A stretch of 64,000 nt of DNA from Convolutriloba macropyga (GCF_964194025.1 NC_134479.1:6324001-6388000), one strand, 5' to 3'. Numbered from the stretch's first letter, positions 1 to 12,347 are shown. Numbers and translations are program-made. Notes: generated by a model from the sequence alone, not told the origin.

Positions 1-1872
1 AGATCCTATACGGACAATTTGGTGTCGATCTTCGAGATAATCCGAAAAAAGATGAAGAAAAGCGTCGTCAAATCCAAATGCTGCCAGTTTTCTTAGTAAA
101 TTATGATGCGGAACGGAATCAAAAGCCTTTTTGATATCAAAATAGACGCTAGCACAAGGAAAATTTTTGTCAAGATTGTTGTAAAGAACATCAAAATATG
201 AAAAAAGTTGAGTAGTTGTGCTGCGTCTCTTCATAAAACCATGCTGAGCGTTTGTGACTAGCGGCCTAACTAGTGGATACAAAAAATTGAACAACATTTT
301 TTCAAAAACAATAGAAAGTTTTGGAAGCAAGCTGATCGGACGATAGTTTTTAACGTCACTTGTTGAACCATTTTTGTGTAGTGGTGTGATATATGAGGTT
401 TTCCATTCCTTAGGCCAATGCGAGGACTTTTGAATAACTTGAAATAATGCCATAACTGCTGGGGCTAAAACTTGACAGCCATCACGAAGCAAGAAAGATG
501 GTACTTGATCTGAGCCCATGGAAGAACTGTCATCACATTTGCTCAAAATTTTTTCAATTTCCAGAACTCCAAACGTAACATCTTGTAATTTAATACTCGA
601 ATCTAAAGCTATTGGAACATTTTCGTGAATTTTACAACTATAGACAGAGCTGAAAAAATCATTGAATGCATTTGCCTTTTTATCGTCAGTTGAAAAACTG
701 ACACCGTCGTAATTCATCACAGGCGGAAAACCGCTAGTCTCTTTGAGAGTCCCGAGTAGCTTGAAACAGTCATTCCTGCTCGTCAAATTACATTTCTCAA
801 TAAGAAGACTCGTGTCAAGTTCAATTGACTCTGAAAGCTCTTTCTGACTTTCCCTCATTTTCAATGAGTCCGATAGTGTCCAATCTTTTTCCAGCCTTCT
901 CTTGATCGTCTCGCTTTTATTTAACAAATGCATGGTTTGCGAAGAGTAGAAAAACGGAGCTGATACACGCTTTCGGTGTTTCTTAGCTATCGAAACTGAG
1001 AACGCTTTTTTCAGCTCACAGTACCATAATGAAAAGAAATCAGAGGCTTTAATTTGGAAAGTTAGAAGTTCGTACAGCGAAAAAAGCTCTTGATTAAACG
1101 CTTGAATACTGAAAGCTGATTCCGAGTAAGTAGAAATGCGTATACTTCTGTAATTATTGATGAGTGGAACTTGGAAAATTATTGGAAAGTGATCTGAGAA
1201 AGGCTCTTTTGGGAGATGGAATGGAATTGACTCTAGAGAAGTGAAAATGAGATCTAGGCAGTTCCCACGAATGTGCGTAGCCTCATTAATTATTTGATTT
1301 AGACCTAAGTCCGTGAAAAAATCCAATAAAACATTAACTGAAGAACTAGACGAGGAGAGACATGCCCAAGCTACCTTGGGCATGTTAAAATCACCTACAA
1401 CATAGATCTCGAAATTCGAATTCAAACCACGTTTAAGGCAGAATGTATTAAAATTGTTGATATAAAATGAATTCGATTCCATCAAAATATGATTGCTAAA
1501 GAAGAATTTCGAAGACGGTGGCGGTCTGTACACTACAATAAAGAACACAGCTTTTTCTATTTGGACAACTGCACAAGCAGCTGAAAAGGGGTAACTGTCT
1601 TCTGATAAATCAAATACTAGATGGGACATAGCAGACGATGCTGCTATTAAAACTCCGCCATGTCCACCCTTTTTTCTGTCTAAGCGTGAAATAACAGTGT
1701 GTGATCCACCAGGAAATATTTCAGAATCTGTGATCTGGTTATCGAGCCAAGTTTCTGTAAGGAATATTAAGCTAATTTTTTCCACCTGCACTAATTTCAG
1801 CAATTTTAATCGTTTTTCAAGACAATTGATAGATTGGCAGTTTACAAGTAGACAATTAGCATTCGTTGTTAG
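1..1872 (-). CDS. LINE (CR1/L2-type) ORF2: APE endonuclease + reverse transcriptase, continues past the left edge
   Basis: Manual minus-strand translation: LLVNCQSI, FLTETWL, DRKKGGHGGV, VVYRPP, VGDFNMP, THIRGNCLDLIF, SDHFP (APE); WKTSYITPLHKNG..NYRPISLLPKLS, QHGFMKRRST, YFDIKKAFDSVPH (RT). Absent from the ORF track, probably because it runs off the window. Begins directly after a TGA with no ATG. Confidence 0.92.
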
Positions 1873-1885
1873 TCAATTTACCGAT

Positions 1886-2740
1886 TCATTCAAGTTCACC
1901 AGGTTTCCCTGGTAGAAAAGTTTTTCTTTTGCCTTCCTTTTTACTTTTGCCTTCACCGATCATCTGAAATCTCTTTGAGAGAATCTTCTTTTCCAATTCT
2001 CGATCGGATTGCGTCAAAAACTTTTTGATATACACTGGAATGCGAAAATTTTTTAGATAATGGCTGCGTGCAAAACAATTTTCCATGAAATGTGGACTGT
2101 TTGTTGTAATCAGAATTGGTCTATAAAGGCGTCTTTCATTGTTAGCGGGGTTTTTGAACTTTCCAAGGCGTCTTGCTTGCACAATATTTCCGTCTGATTT
2201 CAGACCCATAAAAGTGATAACCTCGTCAAGAAGCTTCGTGTCAGACTCTATAAGTTTGTTATAAGAATTTGCATTTTCGGGCAGACCGTTAATCAGAAAC
2301 TGCATTGGCTCATTAGCCGTTTTGTGCCCCTTAATTTTCTTATTCGTTAGAACAGCATCACGAAAAGATGGCAAAGTCTCGTTGAAAACTTTTTCGAAAT
2401 TGTCCTTGATATGATTAGGCAATGCTAGCTCAATAATTTTTGGTATTTCAGTACCGATTTTAGCAGACAAGGCAACAGCAACTTTGTCAGCAATTTTATT
2501 CTCATCTAAAGTCTTTGTCAACTTAGCTTCGGATGGGAAGAGCTGATCACTATCACAGGTATCACAAATCCATTTGCAGTTTTTCCTTGCTCCAAGCCAG
2601 TCCACATCGTCAACTGATAGAGATACACATGGACCATGGAACCAAAGCTCACACTTCTCGCATGATATTGCCGATTTATCATTGTCTTTGATGTTCCGTT
2701 TACACACACTGCACTTGCAAGGGTTTGACTGTCGTGTCAT
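1886..2740 (-). CDS. LINE ORF1 with N-terminal PHD finger
   Basis: CSVC..ISCEKCELWFHGPC..WICDTC is a C4HC3 PHD; RRLGKF..RPILIT and YIKKFLT..R motifs are typical of CR1/L2 ORF1; lies directly upstream of the APE-RT frame. Confidence 0.88.
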   Translation of the reverse strand: MTRQSNPCKCSVCKRNIKDNDKSAISCEKCELWFHGPCVSLSVDDVDWLGARKNCKWICDTCDSDQLFPSEAKLTKTLDENKIADKVAVALSAKIGTEIPKIIELALPNHIKDNFEKVFNETLPSFRDAVLTNKKIKGHKTANEPMQFLINGLPENANSYNKLIESDTKLLDEVITFMGLKSDGNIVQARRLGKFKNPANNERRLYRPILITTNSPHFMENCFARSHYLKNFRIPVYIKKFLTQSDRELEKKILSKRFQMIGEGKSKKEGKRKTFLPGKPGELE

Positions 2741-2768
2741 TGTTTAGAGCATAACCAATATGAAACTA

Positions 2769-2845
2769 TTATGTGTTTGATATCGTGTATCTTTCAGAAC
2801 CAACGTTGAGTTAAAGCTTTAAGACAAAGCCTGTTTTCCACTACA
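2769..2845 (+). repeat. 5' LTR of Gypsy family 1 (5' part missing)
   Basis: Near-identical to the 3' half of 6595-6728; ends CCACTACA. Confidence 0.9.
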
Positions 2846-2846
2846 A

Positions 2847-2861
2847 TTTAACTCAACGTTG
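2847..2861 (+). promoter_or_regulatory. Self-complementary primer binding site
   Basis: TTTAACTCAACGTTG is the exact reverse complement of CAACGTTGAGTTAAA at 2801-2815 inside the LTR; no TGG tRNA-type PBS follows the LTR. Confidence 0.8.
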
Positions 2862-2869
2862 TGAATGCC

Positions 2870-4113
2870 ATGAAGTTCAAGCCGCCACAACTTCCTTCAA
2901 GTCCGACTCCAGAACAATGGCGCTGGTGGAAATACTGTTTCTCCAAGGGATTGGATATCAACGAAATCTGACCTTTTTGATTTCGCATGTGGGTTCGGAT
3001 TTTTTTGCCATCTTGGAACACGCTCCTTCATACAACGAGGCCATTTCCATACTGGACAAGCACTTCAAGAAACCCACTAGGATCATATATGCCCGTCATC
3101 AGCTCCTCTCATGCCGTCAGAAATCGGATGAGTCTATTTCGGATTTCATCAATAGATTGAAAATTCTACTGCAAAAGTGCGAATGCAAAGCCGTCAATAT
3201 TCAGGAACATCAAAAGTTCCTGATTCGGGACGCCCTCGTTGCGGGCGTGAAATCGGATATCATTCGCATGCGACTTCTGGAGCAAACGGACGAAAATGCA
3301 ACTCTGGAGAATTGCATTTCACTTGCAAGCGCTATTGAACTGTCATCAGACTACAACCGAAGTTTTCGTGGAACTGAAGGACTGGACTCGTCTGTGCCAT
3401 CTTCGGAGGCGGCATCAGAGTTGTGCGCCACAGGTCGACCGCCAACTAGTACTGTCAATGAAGGAGGACAAGTTCGAAATAAATGCCAGTTTTGTGGACT
3501 TCGTGGCCATCCGCGACGAAACTGCCCAGCTCGGAACGACAGTTGTCATAAATGCCAAAAGAAAGGACATTGGGCGACTGCTTGTCGGAGCCAGCTGGCA
3601 GTAACACAACAAGCTCAGCCAGAAGAGTCATCCGCTTCGGCACTGTCGTCGGTACTTCTCGCGGCCGGAGGAAGCTGCAATGCCTTCTACGCTTTGGTGA
3701 AGGTTGGGAAGAAGGAATTTCTCGGACTTGTTGACTCTGGAGCATCGGAGTCATTCATTTCCTACGAAGCTGCACGTCAGTGTGACGGTAAAATAACTAA
3801 GACAGCATCCGCTACTCAACTTGCAGACAAGACCAATTTACCAATACTTGGCCACATCGATCTGACGATGCAACTGAACGCGGAAACCTACTCCACTCGT
3901 CTTAAAATTGCCAAGAGTCTTCTTGCAGATATCATAATCGGCATGGATCTTCTCGGGCAACACTCAGCGGTACAGCTGGAAACAAAGGGGGATCGTGGCC
4001 CCGTCTCATTCTCGAAAGCAGCTCAAGGCACACACGCTGCAGCTATGTTCCCAGCATTGGACATTGAACCACCGATTCTCTTCTCAACCATAACCAAGCA
4101 AAGGCCAAACTAA
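2870..4113 (+). pseudogene. Gypsy gag-protease (frameshift near 2965)
   Basis: ATG 2870 MKFKPPQLPSSPTPEQWRWWKYCF then shifts into ORF 2917-4113; knuckles CQFCGLRGHPRRNC and CHKCQKKGHWATAC; protease LVDSGASESFI and IIIGMDLL. Confidence 0.88.
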
Positions 4114-5123
4114 TCACAACTAAATCTCGCTATGCGAGTAAAGAGAACCAAGAATATCTTACTCAAGAGATCGATCGCCTACTAGAAGCTGGCATCATAG
4201 AGCCTTCGTCCTCGCCATGGCGGGCCCAAGCATTTGTGGTTAGACGTGGATCAAAGCCGCGTATGGTTATAGACTATTCAGAAACGATAAATCGTTATAC
4301 GGAACCCGATGGATACCCGTTCCCGGAAGGGGGACAATACTCGACGGAGCTGCACAGGACAAATGTTTCTCTCGCGTGGACCTGAAATCTGCCTATCATC
4401 AAGTACCTATTCAGAAATCAGATCGTCCATTCACAGCGTTCGAAGCAAATGGAGCGTTGTATCAGTTCACTTGACTTGCTTTTGGGCTAACTAACGCAGT
4501 TCCTGTTTTCCAACGAGTGATCGATTCTATCATTCGCAAGGAGAAGCTAGAAAAGACACGAGCCTATCTGGATGATGTTATTATTTCGGGGGCAACTCAA
4601 GAGGAGCATGACCGTAATCTGGAGAGGTTTATATCAACAGTGAAGAAATACGGAATCACTCTCAACAAAGACAAGTGTCTGTTCAACGTACAACGAATTT
4701 CTTTGCTTGGCCATATTCTGGAAAAAGGTACAAAGCGGCCTGACCCTGAGAGACTCAAGAAACTTATGGACTTTCCGTTACTAAGCCACTAAGCAGGAAC
4801 TCCACAGGCTCATTGGATTCTTTGCCTACAACGCGAAGTGGATTGCGCATTACTCGGACAAAGTCCGACCGCTCCTGGACGCTTTCAATGCAGGCCTTCT
4901 GCCTCTTCCAGAGTCTGCGGTCAAGGCTATAGGGAAACTGAAAGATGCTATAGCGAAGTTGGTTTTGGCTGTTCCTAAACCTGGTTCGCCGCTCATTATG
5001 ACTACAGACGCTTCAGGAATGGCGATAGGAGGAACGCTCACGCAAGACTCGCAGCCCATTGCTTTCTTGTCGCGCTCTCTCAGTTCTGGGGAACGTAAAC
5101 AGTGAGCAGCGGAACGTGAAGCA
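4114..5123 (+). pseudogene. Gypsy RT and RNase H, broken by frameshifts/stops
   Basis: GIIEPSSSPW, RMVIDYS, DLKSAYHQ, FGLTNAVPVFQR, AYLDDVII, TDASG, spread over several frames. Confidence 0.88.
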
Positions 5124-6584
5124 TTGGCCATTGTAGAGTGTAGCCGTAAGTGGATGCCATACATGAGAGCTTACCATACCTTGATTCAAACGGACCAAGA
5201 GGCTGTTGCTTTTATCTTCTGTCGCAATAAGTCCAAGGTTAAGAATGACAAGCTGATCCGGTGGCGATTAGAACTCTCCACACTGTCATATGGAATCGAG
5301 TATAAGAAGGGGTCAGAGAACATCGCAGCGGATGCACTCTCACGCATTGCGTCAATTGATAATTCCGGCACAGTGGACAACCTTCACAGACGCTTGTGCC
5401 ATCCTGGAATTACAAGAATGTGGGAGTACGTCAGTCGACACAAATTACCATTTACTTTGAACGAAGTACAACAGTCTTGCTCTGAGTGTCCCACCTGCCT
5501 CGAATGGAAGCCTAAGTTCTACCGTCCCGAGAAAGCTCATATTATAAAGGCTACTCGGCCGTTCGAACGTATTAGCATTGACTTGGTAGGACCAAAATCA
5601 ATGTCCCCAGCTGGAAATCGCTATCTTCTCACTGTAATTGATGAGTACAGTCGTTTTCCGTTCGCAAAACCTTTGAAGGATATTTGTGCACAGTCAGTCA
5701 TAAGGTCTCTCAAGTCAATCTTCTCAATTTGTGGAACACCGAGCTTCATTCACTCAGATAGGGGGACACAGTTTATGTCAGCCGACTTCGATAAATTCTG
5801 CGCCGATACGGGTATCGCACACTCCCGAACCACACCGTATAACCCCAAAGGCAACGGCCAATGTGAGCACCTTAATGGAACGGTTTGGAAGGGCGTCGTC
5901 TGTACACTCCATTCTCGCGGTCTGCAACCCGATCGGTGGGAAGATATACTGCCTGATGTGCTGGCGTCAATCCGAGCACTCATTTGTACATCTACACAAG
6001 AAACACCTCACGAGCGGTTTTTTGGTTTCAAACGCAGGGCGCCTGCCAAATGGAATCTCCCTTCATGGCTGGCGCCGGGTCACCCCGTGTATGTCAAGAG
6101 TTTTGTTCGCAACAAAGGCGACCCTATAGTTCAGCTTGCAGAAGTTGTGGAGCCAATAAACAATGAATTTACGAGAATTAGGCGGCTTAATGGAATAGTC
6201 GACACAGTTTCATCGTCCATGTTATCTCGCGGCAGCGTGGTGCCAAACCCTCGACGAAGATCCTCTCTGCCTCATCCCGTGAATGTCCCGGAAAAGCCGC
6301 AGGAGGGAAGCGATGTAATAGTGGATACGTCGATTATGGACAACAATGCGCAAACGCTGGAAACGCTGGCTCCAGGATCGCAGCAAGATGTTTGCATGCC
6401 ACGTACTGGTGAGGAGTCACCGCCCGTCATTTCCCAGCCAAGGGAGCCGGCAGGCCAGAGCACTCGTCGCAGTGGAAGAGTAAGGCGTCTGCCAGAACGC
6501 CTACGCTCAACTGTAGACAGCAGCATCATCCCTGAGACTTTCGACGAAGACGAGATCATTTGGAAGTACGAGGAGCAACATTAG
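5124..6584 (+). CDS. Gypsy RNase H C-terminus + integrase (open part of pol)
   Basis: TDQEAV, ENIAADALSR, HHCC (HRRLCH..CSECPTC), IDLVGP, HSDRGTQF, YNPKGNGQCE. Confidence 0.9.
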   Translation: MAIVECSRKWMPYMRAYHTLIQTDQEAVAFIFCRNKSKVKNDKLIRWRLELSTLSYGIEYKKGSENIAADALSRIASIDNSGTVDNLHRRLCHPGITRMWEYVSRHKLPFTLNEVQQSCSECPTCLEWKPKFYRPEKAHIIKATRPFERISIDLVGPKSMSPAGNRYLLTVIDEYSRFPFAKPLKDICAQSVIRSLKSIFSICGTPSFIHSDRGTQFMSADFDKFCADTGIAHSRTTPYNPKGNGQCEHLNGTVWKGVVCTLHSRGLQPDRWEDILPDVLASIRALICTSTQETPHERFFGFKRRAPAKWNLPSWLAPGHPVYVKSFVRNKGDPIVQLAEVVEPINNEFTRIRRLNGIVDTVSSSMLSRGSVVPNPRRRSSLPHPVNVPEKPQEGSDVIVDTSIMDNNAQTLETLAPGSQQDVCMPRTGEESPPVISQPREPAGQSTRRSGRVRRLPERLRSTVDSSIIPETFDEDEIIWKYEEQH

Positions 6585-6594
6585 CGGGGGAGAA

Positions 6595-6728
6595 TGTTGT
6601 GATAGTCGTTATAAATAATCTACCATTCCTTGTTGTTATTCCTGCATTTGTTTATGTGTTTGATATCGTGTATCTTTCAGAACCAACGTTGAGTTAAAGT
6701 TTTAAGACAAAGCCTGTTTTCCACTACA
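6595..6728 (+). repeat. 3' LTR of Gypsy family 1 (134 bp)
   Basis: TGTTG...CTACA directly after the PPT; second copy at 9784-9917. Confidence 0.92.
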
Positions 6729-6999
6729 CAGAGTATGAGGCTACGCCAAAGCCCGAAACTTATTTTTGTCCATATGTACGTGATCACGTCCGATTAAGAA
6801 TTTCTTTCTTATCGCTGATCCTAGAAGCCAACTCCTGTATGGCTTTTGATGCTGACGGACCAGCTCATCCTGTACATGAGAAGATTAAAGGACAGAAGGT
6901 AGCTTTCTCGACTTCGATTATCCTTTGCCCGTTTTTCAGCTTCTTGATGAATTCGTGATATTTGTAGGAATCCGGTATGCTTCTTTGACAACTCTTAGC

Positions 7000-8770
7000 A
7001 AACCGATATGTAATCTTTAGTTAAATGAGCGTGCTACCAGTGAAAAGGAAGAGGTTCCTGTTCAATTAGCAAGTAGGTTAAGCAGAAAGAATTATAAAGT
7101 TAAATAAGTTCTTTGGAGTGGTTAGCTCGTCTGGTTGGATGGAAGTCCAGTGTCTGAAGAAAATCTTTTCTTTGGCCAGTACCAACTAACGGTTATATCA
7201 CGGTGGTACGGTGGTAAATTAACCAAGTCAACAATGATGTCAATTTTATTGATATTTCACAAATCACCTACTATTCTTTTTGAAGAGAAAAGGCTACAAT
7301 TCAAAAAGATTGTTCTCCTGGGTCATTTTAACAATTCACTGAATGTAAATAACGATGCATCGAAAATTTGGGACTCATTTTTTGAAGATTTCGGCCTGAC
7401 TCAGTACGTCTGCGAGAAAACGTATAGAACTGGTGGGATTCTTGACCATTTAATAGCGTCAAACAACATTTCAATTAATGTTAAATCAAGTAGCTTCATA
7501 ACTCTTTGTACCATTCGTTCGCTCAGCATTGTGAAACAACGCAAACCTCAACACCAGTTGGTGTATAGAAATTGGAAGAAGGTTGACTCTGAAGTATTTG
7601 TTAAATTACTGAAGCCATGTTTAAAGTTTGATTGATGAAGCATGGGATATGTATCTCAGGTTAGTGGAGAATATTTTGCATTCCGTTCTACCACTCAAAT
7701 TAAAAACCTTAAACATCAATGTCCATTTTTTGACGATGAAATTTTGAGTTTCAAACGTATGAAGAATGTAAATATACAAAGTCGAAAACATCTGTACTAA
7801 AGTCTGAATATGAAAATGTTATCCATATTTTGAAAAATTCTAAGAGAAGCCCGGAGTCTACATTGAGAATGCCTTGATGGAAAATTGTAGCCATAAAAAG
7901 TTTGCCACATTAAAATTGCCTCTTAGTCAGCTCTCGAAAAATGAAAACAACAAACAGCTTGCAAACGACTTCAACCAGTTCATAATATCTAAAATGGAAA
8001 CTGTAATTGCATCGATTCCCACTGCGATAGGTCCTGAAATTCTGAAAGTCGAAGTTAACTCAATGAATTCGTTCACAGATTTATCGATAAGTCAGCTTAA
8101 AGAATCGATTTCGGCGTCGTCAAATAGTACCTCTCCACTTGTCGACACTTCTTGTAAAGTCATTTTCAGATTATTATTCTTTTGACCTCTTGAAACTTCT
8201 TAATCATTCACTCAAGGCAGGATGTTTTCCCCAGTCCTTTAAAATGGGCATTATTAAGCCCCACTTGAAAAAAATTATGTTATCAAAGTTTTTAAAATTA
8301 TTGACCTATCTCAAACCTAATTTACCCTTTGAAACTATTAAAACCGGCGGCTTTTATGTAAATGCGTTAACACCGTGAAAAGAATAGTCTATTTAATAAA
8401 CAACAAAGCGCCTACAGGAAGTTTTTTTCGAAAGAAACATTCTTGTTAAGGTGAAGATTGATTTATTCCTCAATTTAGATGAGACAAAAAGCACTTATTG
8501 TTTTGGACAGATCCATCAGCAGCTTTTGACACTCTCAATCCTGAATTACTTATTTCGATTCTTGAAACAAGTTTGCATTTCAAAGATAAAGTGTTTAGCT
8601 TTTTAAATAGTTAATTGAGCAGTAGATCTCAAAAAATATTGATTGATGGTGGATATTCGATGTCAAGAACTTTAAAAACGGGTGTTTCTCAGGAATCTGT
8701 TGGGTGTTTCTCAGGGTGTCTCGTTTTTTTTCATGCTATCTTGTTCCTCTGGAACTTCTGTTTGAACGTC
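7000..8770 (+). pseudogene. Degenerate L2-like LINE ORF2 (APE-RT), copy 1
   Basis: IVLLGHFN (GDFN), TYRTGGILDHLI, YRNWKKVD, LANDFNQF, LNHSLKAGCFPQSFKMGIIKPHLKK, QSAYR, SAAFDT, LSSRSQKI..GVSQ in mixed frames. Confidence 0.8.
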
Positions 8771-9157
8771 TTGGATAATGAACTCAACGCGTCGTCTCAT
8801 TTTTAGTCTATCACCTGATTCCACTCTGTATACCAGGGAAATCTCGGATATAATTTTTCATGACTCGGGCATATAGTGTACATATTCACCGATTTATGGG
8901 GTCTCGCTTCCTGCTTTATTGAAAAACCCTTTATGCTTATAAATTTTATCCGCTTTTCTACCTTGAACTCACAACGTTTTCACTCTTTTGTTCTTTCACT
9001 CAAAAAGTTTTCCTTTTTCGGTCTTAAACTCAAAACTTATTCATATTTATAGTCTTGAACTCAATGCTTCGTTTTTTTTGTTCTCGAACTCATGATGTTT
9101 TCATATTTCTAGTCATGAGTTCAAGACTTTCTCTTTTCGGTCGTGCACTCAAGACAC

Positions 9158-9348
9158 TGTAATGATCATTGAGTACCTTATGCTGTATTGTAATCACATG
9201 TTCCATATAATTGTTTAGAATTATGTGTTTTTGTTTCAGATGTTGAATAGAAGTTTGCAATGAGCGGTGTTTCATCTGAGCAACACAAAAATTTCATTCA
9301 ACATCTACCATAAAGTTTCAATCTCCTGAATTTCCGGGTGAGACTCTC
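9158..9348 (+). repeat. Duplicated 5' LTR + PBS + gag start of Gypsy family 2
   Basis: Nearly identical to 12348-12538. Confidence 0.85.
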
Positions 9349-10189
9349 ACAATGAATTTACGAGAATTAGGCGGCGTAATGGAATAGTCGACACTTTTTC
9401 ATCGTCCATGTTATCTCGCGGCAGCGTGGTGCCAAACCCTCGACGAAGATCCTCCCTGCCTCATCCCGTGAATGTCCCGGAAAAGCCGCAGGAGGGAAGC
9501 GATGTAATAGCGGATACGTCGATTATGGACAACAATGCGCAAACGCTAGAAACGCTGGCTCCAGGATCGCAGCAAGATGTTTGCATGCCACGTACTGGTG
9601 AGGAGTCACCGCCCGTCATTTCCCAGCCAAAGGAGCCGGCAGGCCAGAGCACTCGTCGCAGTGGAAGAGTAAGGCGTCTGCCAGAACGCCTACGCTCAAC
9701 AGTAGACAGCAGCATCATCCCTGAGACTTTCGACGAAGACGAGATCATTTGGAAGTACGAGGAGCAACATTAGCGGGGGAGAATGTTGTGATAGTCGTTA
9801 TAAATAATCTACCATTCCTTGTTGTTATTCCTGCATTTGTTTATGTGTTTGATATCGTGTATCTTTCAGAACCAACGTTGAGTTAAAGTTTTAAGACAAA
9901 TCCTGTTTTCCACTACACAGAGTATGATGCTACGCCAAAGCCCGAAACTTATTTTTGTCCATATGTACGTGATCACGTCCGATTAAGAATTTCTTTCTTA
10001 TTGCTGATCCTAGAAGCCAACCCCTGTATGGCTTTTGATGCTGACGGACCAGCTCATCCTGTACATGAGAAGATTAAAGGACAGAAGGTAGCTTTCTTGA
10101 CTTCGATTATCCTTTGCCCGTTTTTCAGCTTCTTGATGAATTGGTGATATTTGTAGGAATCCGGTATGCTTCTTTGACAACTCTTAGCA

Positions 10190-11960
10190 AACCGATATGT
10201 AATCTTTAGTTAAATGAGCGTGCTACCAGTGAAAAGGAAGAGGTTCCTGTTCAATTAGCAAGTAGGTTAGGCAGAAAGAATTATAAGGTTAAATAGGTTC
10301 TTTGGAGTGGTTAGCTCGTCTGGTTGGACGGAAGTCCAGTGTCTGAAGAAAATCTTTTCTTTGGCCAGTACCAACTAACGGTTATATCACGGTGGTACGG
10401 TGGTAAATGAACCAAGTCAACAATGATGTCAATTTTATTGATATTTCACAAATCACCTACTATTCTTTTTGAAGAGAAAAGGCTACAACTCGAAAAGATT
10501 GTTCTCCTGGGTCATTTTAACAATTCACTGAATGTAAATAACGATGCATCGAAAATTTGGGACTCATTTTTTGAAGATTTCGGCCTGACTCAGTACGTCT
10601 GCGAGAAAACGTATAGAACTGGTGGGATTCTTGACCATTTAATAGCGTCAAACAACATTTCAATTAATGTTAAATCAAGTAGCTTCATAACTCTTTGTAC
10701 CATTCGTTCGCTCAGCATTGTGAAACAACGCAAACCTCAACACCAGTTGGTGTATAGAAATTGGAAGAAGGTTGACTCTGAAGGATTTGTTAAATTACTG
10801 AAGCCATGTTTAAAGTTTGATTGATGAAGCATGGGATGTGTATCTCAGGTTAGTGGAGAATATTTTGCATTCCGTTCTACCACTCAAATTAAAAACCTTA
10901 AACATCAATGTCCATTTTTTGACGACGAAATTTTGAGTTTCAAACGTATGAAGAATGTAAATATACAAAGTCGAAAACATCTGTACTAAAGTCTGAATAT
11001 GAAAATGTTATCCATATTTTGAAAAATTCTAAGAGAAGCCCGGACTCTACATTGAGAATGCCTTGATGGAAAATTGTAGCCATAAAAAGTTTGCCAAATT
11101 AAAATTGCCTCTTAGTCAGCTCCCGAAAAATGAAAACAACAAACAGCTTGCAAACGACTTCAACCAGTTCATAATATCTAAAATGGAAACTGTAATTGCA
11201 TCGATTCCCACTGCGATAGGTCCTGAAATTCTGAAAGTCGAAGTTAACTCAATGAATTCGTTCACAGATTTATCGATAAGTCAGCTTAAAGAATCGATTT
11301 CGGCGTCGTCAAATAGTACCTCTCCATTTGTCGACACTTCTTGTAAAGTCATTTTCAGATTATTATTCTTTTGACCTCTTGAAACTTCTTAATCATTCAC
11401 TCAAGGCAGGATGTTTTCCCCAGTCCTTTAAAATGGGCATTATTAAGCCCCACTTGAAAAAAATTATGTTATCAAAGTTTTTAAAATTATTGACCTATCT
11501 CAAACCTAATTTACCCTTTGAAACTATTAAAACCGGCGGCTTTTATGTAAATGCGTTAACACCGTGAAAAGAATAGTCTATTTAATAAACAACAAAGCGC
11601 CTACAGGAAGTTTTTTTCGAAAGAAACATTCTTGTTAAGGTGAAGATTGATTTGTTCCTCAATTTAGATGAGACAAAAAGCACTTATTGTTTTGGACAGA
11701 TCCATCAGCAGCTTTTGACACTCTCAATCCTGAATTACTTATTTCGATTCTTGAAACAAGTTTGCATTTCAAAGATAAAGTGTTTAGCTTTTTAAATAGT
11801 TAATTGAGCAGTAGATCTCAAAAAATATTGATTGATGCTGGATATTCGATGTCAAGAACTTTAAAAACGGGTGCTTCTCAGGAATCTGTTGGGTGTTTCT
11901 CAGGGTGTCTCGTTCTTTTTTCATGCTATCTTGTTCCTCTGGAACTTCTGTTTGAACGTC
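10190..11960 (+). pseudogene. Degenerate L2-like LINE ORF2, copy 2
   Basis: Duplicate of 7000-8770 within the tandem unit. Confidence 0.8.
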
Positions 11961-12347
11961 TTGGATAATGAACTCAACGCGTCGTCTCATTTTTAGTCTA
12001 TCACCTGATTCCACTCTGTATACCAGGGAAATCTCGGATATAATTTTTCATGACTCGGGCATATAGTGTACATATTCACCGATTTATGGGGTCTCGCTTC
12101 CTGCTTCATTGAAAAACCCTTTATGCTTATAAATTTTATCCGCTTTTCTACCTTGAACTCACAACGTTTTCACTCTTTTGTTCTTTCACTCAAAAAGTTT
12201 TCCTTTTTCGGTCTTAAACTCAAAACTTATTCATATTTATAGTCTTGAACTCAATGCTTTGTTTTTTTTGTTCTCGAACTCAAGACGTTTTCATATTTCT
12301 AGTCATGAGTTCAAGACTTTCTCTTTTCGGTCGTGCACTCAAGACAC

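Larger units (their letters stand above)
2769..6728 (+). mobile_element. Gypsy/Ty3 LTR retrotransposon family 1 (short LTRs, two CCHC knuckles, Mag-like), mildly degenerate
   Basis: Truncated 5' LTR 2769-2845 matches 3' LTR 6595-6728 (TG...CA); PPT AGCGGGGGAGAA before 6595; domain order gag-PR-RT-RH-IN. Confidence 0.95.

Noticed and set aside
1886-2740. PHD ORF as a host chromatin gene
   Set aside because: Intronless and directly upstream of an APE-RT frame, so it is a LINE ORF1.
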